DNA of 64,000 bases, taken from positions 1-64,000 of IMG/VR virus record IMGVR_UViG_3300021404_000007, one strand, 5' to 3'. Positions 7,592 through 15,894 of the stretch are shown here, piece after piece. A model generated the notes under the pieces. It saw nothing but the letters and a program-made list of their open reading frames with translations. It was not told where the DNA came from and ran no database searches. Both the position numbers and the translations under genes were made by a program. Positions within the stretch are counted from its first letter, which is position 1. Each line of letters begins with the position of its first letter. Source of the stretch: a virus. Its lineage: Duplodnaviria; Heunggongvirae; Uroviricota; Caudoviricetes.

Positions 7592-8443
7592 ATGAAGAGC
7601 ATGTGGACTGGGATGCTGGGATTCGGAATCGTGCAGATTCCGGTGAAGCTGTTCACGGCCACCGAGAACCATGATGTGGGGTTCCACTGGCACCACGGGC
7701 CGAAGTGCCTGGGGAATGTGGGTCTGGTCAAAACCTGCAAGAAGTGCCTGAAGCCGGTGGACCCCGGCGACATCCTCTCGGGCACCGAGGTGGACGGCAA
7801 GGTGGTGTTCGTCAGCGACGAGGAGAAGGCCAGCCTGGAAGCCGCGCAATCCAAGCAGATCGAGATTCTGGAGTTCGTGGGCGCGGGCGAGATCGATCCC
7901 ATCGAGTTTGAGAACACCTACTACGTGGGCACGGCCGAGGGCGAGAAGGCGTATGCGCTGCTGGCGCAGAGCATGGGCGGACTGACGGCGCTGGCCCGCT
8001 TCACCATGCGCGGCAAGACGCGGCGGGCCGCGCTGCGCGCCGTGGTCCGCGACGACCGGCTGGTGCTGATCCTGCACACGCTGCGCTGGCCGGACGAGGT
8101 TCGGGTGCCGGAGGTGCCGGGTCTGGGCGGCGATTACAGTGCGGCCGAGCTGAGGATGGCCAAGAAGGTTGTGCAGTCGATGGTGGAGAAGTACGACCCG
8201 AACGCCCTGGTGGACACCTACCAGGAACGGCTGCAGGAGCTGGTTGCGGCCAAGGCCGAGGGCGCCGAGTTCGTGGTAGAGCCCGCAGTGGAGTTGGACG
8301 CCAGTGACGTCAAGGACGTGCTGGCGCAGCTTGAGGCGTCAATCAGGGCGCATCCGGCTGGCAGGAAGAAGGTGGCCGCGAAGGCACCGGCTAAGAAAGC
8401 ACCGGCGAAGGCGCCGGTCAAGAGAAGGAAGGCAGTGGCATGA
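7592..8443 (+). CDS. ku: Ku (non-homologous end-joining DNA-end-binding protein) with a Lys/Ala-rich C-terminal tail
   Basis: The N-terminus MKSMWTGMLGFGIVQIPVKLFTATE matches the bacterial Ku signature (MRAIWKG.ISFGLV.IPVK...ATE). There is an internal CxxC pair and a KAPAKKAPAKAPVKRRK tail. It is preceded by GGCAGAGCGCCGG plus SD. Confidence 0.85.
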   Translation: MKSMWTGMLGFGIVQIPVKLFTATENHDVGFHWHHGPKCLGNVGLVKTCKKCLKPVDPGDILSGTEVDGKVVFVSDEEKASLEAAQSKQIEILEFVGAGEIDPIEFENTYYVGTAEGEKAYALLAQSMGGLTALARFTMRGKTRRAALRAVVRDDRLVLILHTLRWPDEVRVPEVPGLGGDYSAAELRMAKKVVQSMVEKYDPNALVDTYQERLQELVAAKAEGAEFVVEPAVELDASDVKDVLAQLEASIRAHPAGRKKVAAKAPAKKAPAKAPVKRRKAVA

Positions 8444-8592
8444 CCGTAGAGGAGATGGCAACCCGGTACGAGAGCCTGCGCCGTGCGGCGTCTGAGGCGA
8501 TCAGCGAGTTGCGGCGCTGGCAGGACGCCGACGACCCGGCCGACGTGAGCCATTCGATCGACAGCGCGATCCACATATTGGAGCGGGCGTGA
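8440..8592 (+). CDS. hypothetical protein (50 aa)
   Basis: ATGA overlap with Ku; GTGA overlap with the next gene. Confidence 0.4.
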   Translation: MTVEEMATRYESLRRAASEAISELRRWQDADDPADVSHSIDSAIHILERA

Positions 8593-8954
8593 GCACCCGG
8601 CGCGACCCGGCGGTGAAGACCGGGAAGTACCGGGGGTCGTGGGCGGTCTTCGAGGAGAACGCCCCGGTGGTCACCGGCCTCAGCCGCGACGAGGCCCGCT
8701 ACCACCGCAACCAGGTCATCAACCGGCGTGCGGAGGAGGCCCGGAAGCGGGTGGCCACCTGCGAGTACGAGTGGATCCGCAAGTGGGGTCGAATGCTGGG
8801 GTCGTATCAGTACTACATCGACGACCAGATCGCGCTGGCGCGCAGGGAACAGGCGCCGGCGAATGCCGTGCACAAGAACCAGGACGGCAGGTGGGTGACG
8901 ACGGACGAGATCACCAACGTGGAAGCACGGTTCGCGCTGGGGCTGCCGCTATGA
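8589..8954 (+). CDS. hypothetical protein
   Basis: 121-aa ORF, GTG start. Confidence 0.5.
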   Translation: MSTRRDPAVKTGKYRGSWAVFEENAPVVTGLSRDEARYHRNQVINRRAEEARKRVATCEYEWIRKWGRMLGSYQYYIDDQIALARREQAPANAVHKNQDGRWVTTDEITNVEARFALGLPL

Positions 8955-9145
8955 AGGACTGGCTGATGCAGAACTGGTTCGTCGGTTGGGTCGCGCTGGC
9001 GCTGTCGCCGATCTGGGTTGAGCTGCTGCGGCTGGGCGTGGTCCGGCTGTGGCGGGCGCGGGCCGTCCGGCGTAGGCGGCGGCTGCCGACCTGGGCGGAG
9101 CTGGAGCAGTTGCGCCGGGAGATGAATGCGCGTGGGTGGTTCTGA
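8951..9145 (+). CDS. membrane protein (64 aa)
   Basis: ATGA overlap; a TM helix and Arg-rich region. Confidence 0.45.
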   Translation: MKDWLMQNWFVGWVALALSPIWVELLRLGVVRLWRARAVRRRRRLPTWAELEQLRREMNARGWF

Positions 9146-9354
9146 TGATGGCCGACCGCCGCCGCGAGTTCAGCGGCACCAGCTCCACCGGCAGTCGTCA
9201 CGGGCTGCTGGCCGAGGAGAACAAGGAAGGCTTCCGGTTCACCGTAACCGGGGTCAACGGCAAGCGTCATGCCACAGTCAAGCTCAGCCGCGATGACGCG
9301 GCGGCACTGAGCGATTGGATTAGGAGAAGCAATGATGGACCTGGCAGAGCGTGA
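9145..9354 (+). CDS. hypothetical protein
   Basis: TGATG overlap. Confidence 0.4.
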   Translation: MMADRRREFSGTSSTGSRHGLLAEENKEGFRFTVTGVNGKRHATVKLSRDDAAALSDWIRRSNDGPGRA

Positions 9355-9526
9355 CCCACTGAAGGCGAAGCTGGCGGACAGGGTGCATGAGTTGGTGCGC
9401 AGTCTCGCAGTCGACGGCTTCGATGTTCAAGTGCTGCGGGCGGACAACCTGTGCACGCAGGTCAAGGTCAGGGGCGCGCAGGGACCGCCGCGCTGGTTCA
9501 CCGTGAAGCTGTCGGAGAACTACTGA
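9332..9526 (+). CDS. hypothetical protein
   Basis: SD AGGAGAAGCA followed by ATG. Confidence 0.5.
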   Translation: MMDLAERDPLKAKLADRVHELVRSLAVDGFDVQVLRADNLCTQVKVRGAQGPPRWFTVKLSENY

Positions 9527-9705
9527 TGGACGAGAACATCCTCGGCGTCAGCCAGCTATGGGCCGTCAGCTACCGCAAGCGTGAGGGTGGCCGGGCGACC
9601 AAGACGTTTGCCAACGAGGGTGAGGCCCGTGATTTCTACGGCTACGCCAGCGATGCAGACGCCGAGCTCTACGCCACACGGGTGTCGTGGGAGCAAGTGG
9701 ATTAA
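9526..9705 (+). CDS. hypothetical protein (59 aa)
   Basis: TGATG overlap. Confidence 0.4.
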   Translation: MDENILGVSQLWAVSYRKREGGRATKTFANEGEARDFYGYASDADAELYATRVSWEQVD

Positions 9706-9748
9706 CCGTGGACCCGGCAGAGCGCCGGTCCTAGAGAGGAGATGGCAA

Positions 9749-10057
9749 ATGACCGAGGTTCCCAAGCTGCTCCCGGAGAACCTACCGAGTAAGACCAAGG
9801 CACAGTTGATCGAGCTGTGCGAGCAGATGGCCCAGGACTGGCTGACGCTGAACGCGATCCACAACGCGCGGGCGGCCCACGCCGAATGGTGCAGCGAGTA
9901 CGAGGAGAGGCAGTACCACTACAACAAGGCGTTCAAGGTGCTGCAGCTGTTCCCTCGTAGTGCCGGGCTGCCGTTGACCGTTCTCGGGTTGTACGACTCA
10001 CGCGGTAACCCGCTGCGGCCAGGACAGTATGTCGGCGCCGCGCAGGCGAGGTTGTGA
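9749..10057 (+). CDS. hypothetical protein
   Basis: GGCAGAGCGCCGG box (9715) plus GAGGAGATGGCAAATG. The in-frame start is the second ATG. Confidence 0.55.
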   Translation: MTEVPKLLPENLPSKTKAQLIELCEQMAQDWLTLNAIHNARAAHAEWCSEYEERQYHYNKAFKVLQLFPRSAGLPLTVLGLYDSRGNPLRPGQYVGAAQARL

Positions 10058-10251
10058 TGGGTGACACGTCCACAGTGGTGGCGAGAATCCCGAACTGCGA
10101 CGTTTGCCGCCAGAGCGGGAAGGAGACGCCCGCCTACGCCGATGCGAAGCTCAACATCGGTCCTTGGGCGTACGTCTGCCGTGCACATTTCGACGGGTAC
10201 GGCTGCAGCCTCGGCCTCGGCCGGGGCCAGGAGTTGAAGCTAAGGAAGTAG
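10057..10251 (+). CDS. zinc-binding protein (CDVC...C...C)
   Basis: TGATG overlap. Confidence 0.5.
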   Translation: MGDTSTVVARIPNCDVCRQSGKETPAYADAKLNIGPWAYVCRAHFDGYGCSLGLGRGQELKLRK

Positions 10252-10281
10252 CCGCGGCACGGTGCCGCGACAAGGAAAGGG

Positions 10282-10677
10282 ATGGCAATGCCGAAGAAAG
10301 TACAGCCGACAGACCCGGCCACGAAGCCGACGGTGACGCTGCTGGCAACGATGCTGACAGAGCGGATGGCCGGTGACGAGATGAAGCTGGCGATCATTCA
10401 TGAAGTGGATCGCGGCCTCATGCAGGCGCAGGCCAGCGCGCTGATCTCGTATCTGGCCACGTTCAACCTGACGCCGGAGGCGGAGAAGGCGCGGGAGAAC
10501 GACGACCCGGTGACCGAGCCCGGCTTCTACAAGCACGAGGGCAAGGAGTACGAGGTGGTCACGGCGGATGCCGGACACCTGTACCCGGTGGACGTGGAGA
10601 CCGGACGATTCGCCAAGGGGTTGTTTCCCCGGCTGCGCGCCAGCGAGCGGGTGGCCCGGCTCAAGGTGGTGGGTTGA
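10282..10677 (+). CDS. hypothetical protein (MAMPKK...)
   Basis: GGGATGGCAATG start motif. Confidence 0.55.
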   Translation: MAMPKKVQPTDPATKPTVTLLATMLTERMAGDEMKLAIIHEVDRGLMQAQASALISYLATFNLTPEAEKARENDDPVTEPGFYKHEGKEYEVVTADAGHLYPVDVETGRFAKGLFPRLRASERVARLKVVG

Positions 10678-10856
10678 TGCCCGGCGTGCTGTACGAGGTG
10701 CCGGGGGAACGTGAGTTGCTGCTGGCCAAGATCGCGCGCGAGGAGCACCGACAGGAAGGCCGGCGCGACTTCATCGTGGAGATCCAGCGGTTCATCGACA
10801 CCAAGGACCGCGAGATCGCGAACCTGCGGGCCAGGTTGGAGCAGTTGGATGGCTGA
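10677..10856 (+). CDS. hypothetical coiled-coil protein
   Basis: TGATG overlap. Confidence 0.45.
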   Translation: MPGVLYEVPGERELLLAKIAREEHRQEGRRDFIVEIQRFIDTKDREIANLRARLEQLDG

Positions 10857-11214
10857 GCATCGCAAGGCATTCGACCTCGCGGTGGCCAGCGTGATCGTGA
10901 TCAACACCGGGCTGCTGGCGTGGGCGTGGCTGGACCCGGCACGCGAGGAGATCATCGACCACATCGAAACGGTGTGCCTGGCGTTCTTCGTGGTCGAGCT
11001 GGCGCTGCGGATACGCGGCCACGGGCTGCGGTTCTTCCGCACCGGATGGGGCGTGGCCGACACGCTCATCATCGGGCTGTCGTTGCTGCCGCTGCTGGGC
11101 GTCGATGTCTCGCTGCTGCGCGTGGCGCGACTGGCGCGGGTGTTCCATCTTGGCCGACACATCACGCACCTACGCCTGCTGCGTCTGATTCCGATGACAA
11201 GGAGGTCTGTATGA
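10849..11214 (+). CDS. isolated voltage-sensor-domain-like membrane protein (ion_trans S1-S4; S4 = LRVARLARVFHLGRHITHLRLLRL)
   Basis: Four predicted TM segments. The S2-like AFFVVELALRIRG, S3-like GWGVADTLIIGLSLLPLLG and an Arg-every-third-residue S4 are present, with no pore domain. Confidence 0.5.
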   Translation: MAEHRKAFDLAVASVIVINTGLLAWAWLDPAREEIIDHIETVCLAFFVVELALRIRGHGLRFFRTGWGVADTLIIGLSLLPLLGVDVSLLRVARLARVFHLGRHITHLRLLRLIPMTRRSV

Positions 11215-11447
11215 AAGCTGAGTTGATGTCGCGCACCTGCCAAATCATGTACCTGGCAGCCGCGCTGGCGAACCTGGTGCTGTTCTTCTATTTCCATGGA
11301 GACGGCAACAACATCGCCATCGCCGTGCTGCTCGGGGTGCTCATCATGAACCAGCGGGTGGTCGACCTCTGGCGCGGCGCATCCTTCGAGTGGCGAGCAG
11401 CCGCTGAGGCGTGGCGTCACGCAGCCGAGCGGACGGGGAGAGGGTGA
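11211..11447 (+). CDS. membrane protein (78 aa, 2 TM)
   Basis: ATGA overlap. Confidence 0.5.
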   Translation: MKAELMSRTCQIMYLAAALANLVLFFYFHGDGNNIAIAVLLGVLIMNQRVVDLWRGASFEWRAAAEAWRHAAERTGRG

Positions 11448-11506
11448 AAATTCCACGTTGAAACGCAAAATCCGGAAAATCTTGAAAATTTTTGAAGGTG
11501 GGCGAA
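11448..11506 (+). promoter_or_regulatory. AT-rich island with TTCCACGTTGAA and TTGAAA repeats
   Basis: Same 12-mer as at 5831 and (inverted) 3609. Confidence 0.45.
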
Positions 11507-11668
11507 ATGAAGTATCCAACGCCATGTGACGCCTGTGGAGCGCTGGTGGGTGAAGCGTGCCGCGAAGGCTGTCCGATCGCGCAGGTGCAAACGTCGCTCG
11601 ACGTAGACATGGGATCGGCAGAGCGCCGACCCAGTGAAGGGAGAAGTCACAATGGGATGGTTTGTTGA
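11507..11668 (+). CDS. small Cys-rich protein (53 aa)
   Basis: ATG after the AT-rich island; low-confidence start. Confidence 0.3.
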   Translation: MKYPTPCDACGALVGEACREGCPIAQVQTSLDVDMGSAERRPSEGRSHNGMVC

Positions 11669-11683
11669 GCCGGAGGTTGGCGT

Positions 11684-11998
11684 ATGAACGTCGACATCAT
11701 TCCGGAAGCGTTTTTGTGGTGCCGCGACGTGATGCACGCCTGGGACCCGTACACGGCGCGCGTGGCGCTCAACAAGGCTTCGCGTAGGCGCGAGATGCAC
11801 CAGGTGCTCATCTGCACGCGGTGCGGCACGCTCAAGACGCGGGTGATGACCCTGCAGGGCGAGACGTTGCGGAACAGCTACAGCTACCCGGACGGCTATC
11901 TGCAGAACGAGCAGGGTGCAATGACACCGGCAGACCGGGCGATGATCCGGCGTATCAACCTCAGAAAAGCCACCATCGTCGAGGCTGACAACGCATGA
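11684..11998 (+). CDS. hypothetical protein with a C-terminal CxxC
   Basis: GGCAGAGCGCCGA box at 11616; SD GGAGG. Confidence 0.5.
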   Translation: MNVDIIPEAFLWCRDVMHAWDPYTARVALNKASRRREMHQVLICTRCGTLKTRVMTLQGETLRNSYSYPDGYLQNEQGAMTPADRAMIRRINLRKATIVEADNA

Positions 11999-12345
11999 GA
12001 ATCAGCGCGAAGCCGGGTGAGGTGACGGTCGATATCGACGATCCGGTCCAGGCCGCCACTCTCATCAACGCCATATTGCACGGCGGCAAGAAGCAGAAGG
12101 CGCTGCCAGCGCCGAAGCCGAAGGTGCTGGCGCCGGCCGATGTCACCCTCACCAAGCAGATGCTGGAAACGTGGCAATGGCTGGTGGCGCACGACAGTGA
12201 GGGCGGCGTGACGTCTGCGCAGGTCGCAGCCGGGCTCAAACTCAACCAGTCGGCGGCAACGTGGCGGCTGAAGGAGTTGGTCGGAAAGGGCGTCGTCTAC
12301 CGGCTCAGCCGCGGCTACTACCGGCCCGGGGAGCGTGGTGACTGA
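11995..12345 (+). CDS. winged-helix DNA-binding protein (C-terminal MarR/ArsR-like wHTH)
   Basis: ATGA overlap; VTSAQVAAGLKLNQSAATWRLKELVGKGVVYRL. Confidence 0.5.
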   Translation: MRISAKPGEVTVDIDDPVQAATLINAILHGGKKQKALPAPKPKVLAPADVTLTKQMLETWQWLVAHDSEGGVTSAQVAAGLKLNQSAATWRLKELVGKGVVYRLSRGYYRPGERGD

Positions 12346-12620
12346 TGCACGGCGACGATTTGATCGAGGTCCAGCTCAAACAGCCGCACATGCAGATCAC
12401 GTTCCGGGTGGTGCGGGAAGACGGGTCCGCGTACGACGTTTACGCCGAATCGACGTCGATACGCGGCGCGCAGCGCGAGATCACCGGGAAGCTCATCAAA
12501 GACGGCTACCAGCCGCTCGGGCGATGGGACGGAACGGTGCGCAGATACCGGCGCCCGCTGGCCGGTCGAATCAAGGCAGCTGCGGCAGACGCCGTGGCTC
12601 ACGAAAGGAATGGGAAATGA
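12345..12620 (+). CDS. hypothetical protein
   Basis: TGATG overlap. Confidence 0.45.
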   Translation: MHGDDLIEVQLKQPHMQITFRVVREDGSAYDVYAESTSIRGAQREITGKLIKDGYQPLGRWDGTVRRYRRPLAGRIKAAAADAVAHERNGK

Positions 12621-12859
12621 CCGAACTGGACAGTGACGACGTGGCCAGCGCCTTCGAGAACGCTTTTGAGGCTATGGACCTGGGCCACCTGACGGCTATC
12701 GACGCTCTGACGCAGATCGCAACGGACATCGCCGGTGGCATCCCGGACGCGGCCGAGCGGCGCGCGTTCTTGGAGGCCTGCAACCTGCGTCGCGCCGAGG
12801 TGGACAAGGCCATGGACGCCATCTGCGCGGACATTATGGACTACACCCAAGGAACCTAA
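12617..12859 (+). CDS. hypothetical acidic protein
   Basis: ATGA overlap. Confidence 0.45.
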   Translation: MTELDSDDVASAFENAFEAMDLGHLTAIDALTQIATDIAGGIPDAAERRAFLEACNLRRAEVDKAMDAICADIMDYTQGT

Positions 12860-12880
12860 CAGCGCGCTGTGGTATAATTA
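12859..12880 (+). promoter_or_regulatory. palindrome ACAGCGCGCTGT plus TGGTATAAT promoter-operator module
   Basis: Same element as at 7072. Confidence 0.5.
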
Positions 12881-12932
12881 GGTAGCGGCGCAGCGCCGTG
12901 ACCAGGCAGAACGCCGGGAGAGGGAGATAGCA

Positions 12933-13115
12933 GTGGCTGACGATGAGAAGACCGCGTTGGACTTGGGCGCGATTGTGCGTGATCTCAAGACCGATTTCAA
13001 CGGCGATGTGCACGATGTCGAGTTGAGCTGGGGCACCAGCGACGGCAGATACGTCTGCCGCCAGCAGGGTGACAAATGGTCGTCGTTCTTCATACCCAAG
13101 GCGGCGACGAACTGA
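12933..13115 (+). CDS. hypothetical protein (60 aa)
   Basis: GGCAGAACGCCGG box plus GAGGGAGATAGCAGTG. Confidence 0.5.
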   Translation: MADDEKTALDLGAIVRDLKTDFNGDVHDVELSWGTSDGRYVCRQQGDKWSSFFIPKAATN

Positions 13116-13342
13116 TGTGGGACAGCTACGGCGAATACGTCGGCTGGCAGAACAGCGTGGCGCTGGCGAACGCCGGTAATGACTACGGGCCGCAGTTTGG
13201 TCCGGCCAATCCGCGCAGCTTCTACTACGAGCCGCAGCTGCTGGGCTGCGGCCACACCTCCGAGGACTGCGATGGCGTCGAATGTGGGCGGATCGTGCAG
13301 GAGCCGCCCGACCTGGACTACTGGCTTGGCCAGAACCCCTAG
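13115..13342 (+). CDS. hypothetical protein
   Basis: TGATG overlap. Confidence 0.45.
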   Translation: MWDSYGEYVGWQNSVALANAGNDYGPQFGPANPRSFYYEPQLLGCGHTSEDCDGVECGRIVQEPPDLDYWLGQNP

Positions 13343-13348
13343 ACCGGA

Positions 13349-13460
13349 CGCGCCCGTGCTCCCTGCCACGGCGCGGGCGCGTCCTCAAACCACCCCTCCG
13401 GCCCATCCCCCGGAGGGGTGTTTAGCGCCGGGGCGTCGATGAGAGAGGAAGCTCGTCGGC
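13349..13460 (+). terminator. three consecutive GC-rich hairpins
   Basis: GACGCGCCCG...CGGGCGCGTC; CCCCTCCGG...CCGGAGGGG followed by TGTTT; CCGGGGCG...CGCCCCGG. Confidence 0.5.
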
Positions 13461-13496
13461 GCCCCGGTGTATCAACCGAAAAAACGGAAGGAAATC

Positions 13497-13784
13497 ATGC
13501 CAAATGGATTAACGGCGACCGCCCCGATGGCGGTGCGCATCAGAATCAACGTGGCGCTGCGCAAGATGCCGTATAGCGGATTGCTGCCGTCGCCACCGCG
13601 CGGCGACGCGCTGCCGGACACCAGGGACGGCGATTCGGCCTATTACGAGTCGGTGGCCGAGTGGCTGGAAAGGCTGGCCGCGAAGCAGACCGAACACGTC
13701 GACAAGCACGAGGCCACCCGCAGCGAGCTGCTGGCGATGCGGACCCAGCGCGACGTGATCCGCGAGTTCCTGGGCACGAAATGA
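13497..13784 (+). CDS. hypothetical protein
   Basis: SD GGAAGGA. Confidence 0.5.
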   Translation: MPNGLTATAPMAVRIRINVALRKMPYSGLLPSPPRGDALPDTRDGDSAYYESVAEWLERLAAKQTEHVDKHEATRSELLAMRTQRDVIREFLGTK

Positions 13785-14185
13785 GCCCCGGCTACACCGC
13801 GGTGGTCATCCACCTGCCGAATAACGACGGCGTGGTGGAGATAGAGCGGATCACGGTCCCGGACGGTGATTTCGCCGGCCTGGGCTTCCTGCAGAAGATG
13901 GTCGGCGGCTACATCGAGCATGTGGCCAGCGCCGACGGCAGCCTCGACTTCTATTTGAATGAAGAAGGCAAGCTGCCGCCGAACAACCTGCCCATCAACA
14001 ACGTCGCCACTGATCTGCTGTGGGTCGTCAATCCGGCGTTTCGGGGCGTGGACGTCCTGGTGGGCAACGTCGTGCTCACGGGCCATGAAGGGCCGGAGAC
14101 GGCCAGCATCCCGGACGGGTGGTGGGAGCTACTGCAGCAGCAGAAGTGGCAGGTACCAGTGAAGTTCATCGAGGAGGGTAAATGA
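13781..14185 (+). CDS. hypothetical protein
   Basis: ATGA overlap; 134 aa. Confidence 0.5.
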   Translation: MSPGYTAVVIHLPNNDGVVEIERITVPDGDFAGLGFLQKMVGGYIEHVASADGSLDFYLNEEGKLPPNNLPINNVATDLLWVVNPAFRGVDVLVGNVVLTGHEGPETASIPDGWWELLQQQKWQVPVKFIEEGK

Positions 14186-14880
14186 CCGAACCGGAGTTCG
14201 ATCTCATCGAGTACGCGAAGGAGAAGGCGCGCGACAACGCCGAGTCGCTGGATGGGCCGGAGGACGACATCCTGCCGATCATGTTGTGGGTCGGCCCGCA
14301 TGGCATCGGGTTGATGCCGATGCACGAAGGCCTGCGGAACGAGCGCACCAAAGAGGCCATAGCGCAGGTGATGACGGCGACGCTGGCCGTCAGCCGCGCC
14401 ACGGCGGTGGTGATGACCACCACGGCGTGGATGGTGGTGGCACCAAGAGTGGAGGTCGGCGACCCGTTTAAGGACGTCAAGTTCCCGCTCAGCGAGAACC
14501 CGGATCGTACCGAGCATGTGGTGCTGATGTGCGTGAAGGAAGGAAAGGACATTCTCACCTCGGCGCCCGTGACCCGCTATCCGGACCGGCCGCCCACGCT
14601 GGGCGAGTGGGACAGCACGCCGCTGGGCACCAAAGACGGTGACAGCGCCAGGATGGGCGGGCGATTCGGCGACGCCATGCACCTGGGCATCGACTTCGCC
14701 AACAACATGCCGCCGGAGCTGATCGAGATTATCGAGGAGGGCTGGCAGGACGGCACGCAGGACGACCTGATCGGGCGGTTTTTGAAGGTGTACGCGGAAA
14801 CGAGGGGGATGCCGCAGACGCCCGCGGGCGTCATGGTCGTCGAGTTCCCGAAGGGTGACCCCAGCGGCTCAGGGGGGTAA
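14182..14880 (+). CDS. hypothetical protein (232 aa)
   Basis: ATGA overlap. Confidence 0.55.
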   Translation: MTEPEFDLIEYAKEKARDNAESLDGPEDDILPIMLWVGPHGIGLMPMHEGLRNERTKEAIAQVMTATLAVSRATAVVMTTTAWMVVAPRVEVGDPFKDVKFPLSENPDRTEHVVLMCVKEGKDILTSAPVTRYPDRPPTLGEWDSTPLGTKDGDSARMGGRFGDAMHLGIDFANNMPPELIEIIEEGWQDGTQDDLIGRFLKVYAETRGMPQTPAGVMVVEFPKGDPSGSGG

Positions 14881-14923
14881 ATCCGAGATTGGTCAGAGGC
14901 CCAAGCAAGAAGGAGGAAAACAG

Positions 14924-15094
14924 GTGAGCAGATTGAGGTGGCTGTGGCACAGGTACGTGCTGAAGCACGAAGTCGAACGGAAGGGAGCGATCCTGCCGGA
15001 CCGGCGCATCGGCGGCATCAACGTGTACGAGCAGGAGGTCTTCCGGGTGCCGATGGCGCACTGGGAGTGCTCCTGCGGCGAGACGTGGTTCTGA
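14924..15094 (+). CDS. hypothetical protein (C-terminal CSCG)
   Basis: SD AAGGAGGA followed by GTG. Confidence 0.45.
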   Translation: MSRLRWLWHRYVLKHEVERKGAILPDRRIGGINVYEQEVFRVPMAHWECSCGETWF

Positions 15095-15297
15095 TGGACG
15101 AACTGCAGTACCAGGACACCCCGGCAGACCCGAAGAAGTACCTGCCGAAGCAGGTGTGGCTGTACGAGGCGAAGCCCGCCAACGGGCGCTGGCAGGCACG
15201 CCAGAGCCTGAACGGGACGCTGCTCAAGTGCCAGTGGTTCGACACCGAGGAGCACGCGCAGGAGCAGTGCCGCAGATGGGAGCAGAAGCGCAAATGA
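15094..15297 (+). CDS. hypothetical protein
   Basis: TGATG overlap. Confidence 0.45.
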   Translation: MDELQYQDTPADPKKYLPKQVWLYEAKPANGRWQARQSLNGTLLKCQWFDTEEHAQEQCRRWEQKRK

Positions 15298-15476
15298 GGC
15301 ACAGCGTGGGCTACCGTGTCCGCACCTGGCGCTGGCGACGGTACTGGCAGCGGCGGGAGCGGGCGCAGTGGCCGAAGCCGCCGAGCGAGTATCAGCTGCA
15401 ACGGTTTTGGAACCAGGTGGTGCGCGAGACACGCGACGAGCGTGAGCACGCCCTGGAATCGCACAACTTGGACTAA
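15294..15476 (+). CDS. hypothetical Arg/Trp-rich protein
   Basis: ATGA overlap. Confidence 0.4.
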   Translation: MRHSVGYRVRTWRWRRYWQRRERAQWPKPPSEYQLQRFWNQVVRETRDEREHALESHNLD

Positions 15477-15487
15477 GGAGGTGAAAC

Positions 15488-15727
15488 ATGAAGACCTTGA
15501 ACCGCAACCGCACGCTGGCGCTGAAGGATGTCCGCCGGACCTTGGTGGCCATCGCTGAAGCGCCAACGCGCCTGGACCTGTACCGGGAGGCCGAAGTGCT
15601 GATGACGCAGGCGTTCTACCTGCGTGAGATGGCGACGGACACCATCACCAAGCGCGGCATTCTGTATCCGGCACACGACTGGGAGCACTACCGCGCGACA
15701 CTGAAGCAGGAGAGGGCGAGTGCATGA
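15488..15727 (+). CDS. hypothetical protein
   Basis: SD GGAGGTG. Confidence 0.5.
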   Translation: MKTLNRNRTLALKDVRRTLVAIAEAPTRLDLYREAEVLMTQAFYLREMATDTITKRGILYPAHDWEHYRATLKQERASA

Positions 15728-15876
15728 TCGACGCGCAGATGCTGGGCATGATCGTCAGCCAGATGATATTCGAGATGTTCGGCTTCGGGCCGAGCAGAAG
15801 CATCTGCGACGAGTTTGCCGAGAAGGTCATCCGGGAGGCCGAGGCTGTCAACTACCAGATAGAACTGCCTGAATAG
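15724..15876 (+). CDS. hypothetical small protein (50 aa)
   Basis: ATGA overlap. Confidence 0.35.
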   Translation: MIDAQMLGMIVSQMIFEMFGFGPSRSICDEFAEKVIREAEAVNYQIELPE

Positions 15877-15894
15877 TAACGCCACCCCCCTGCG

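Noticed and set aside
10527-11525. 332-aa ORF on the - strand
   Set aside because: Antisense shadow ORF across well-supported + strand genes (10677..11447).
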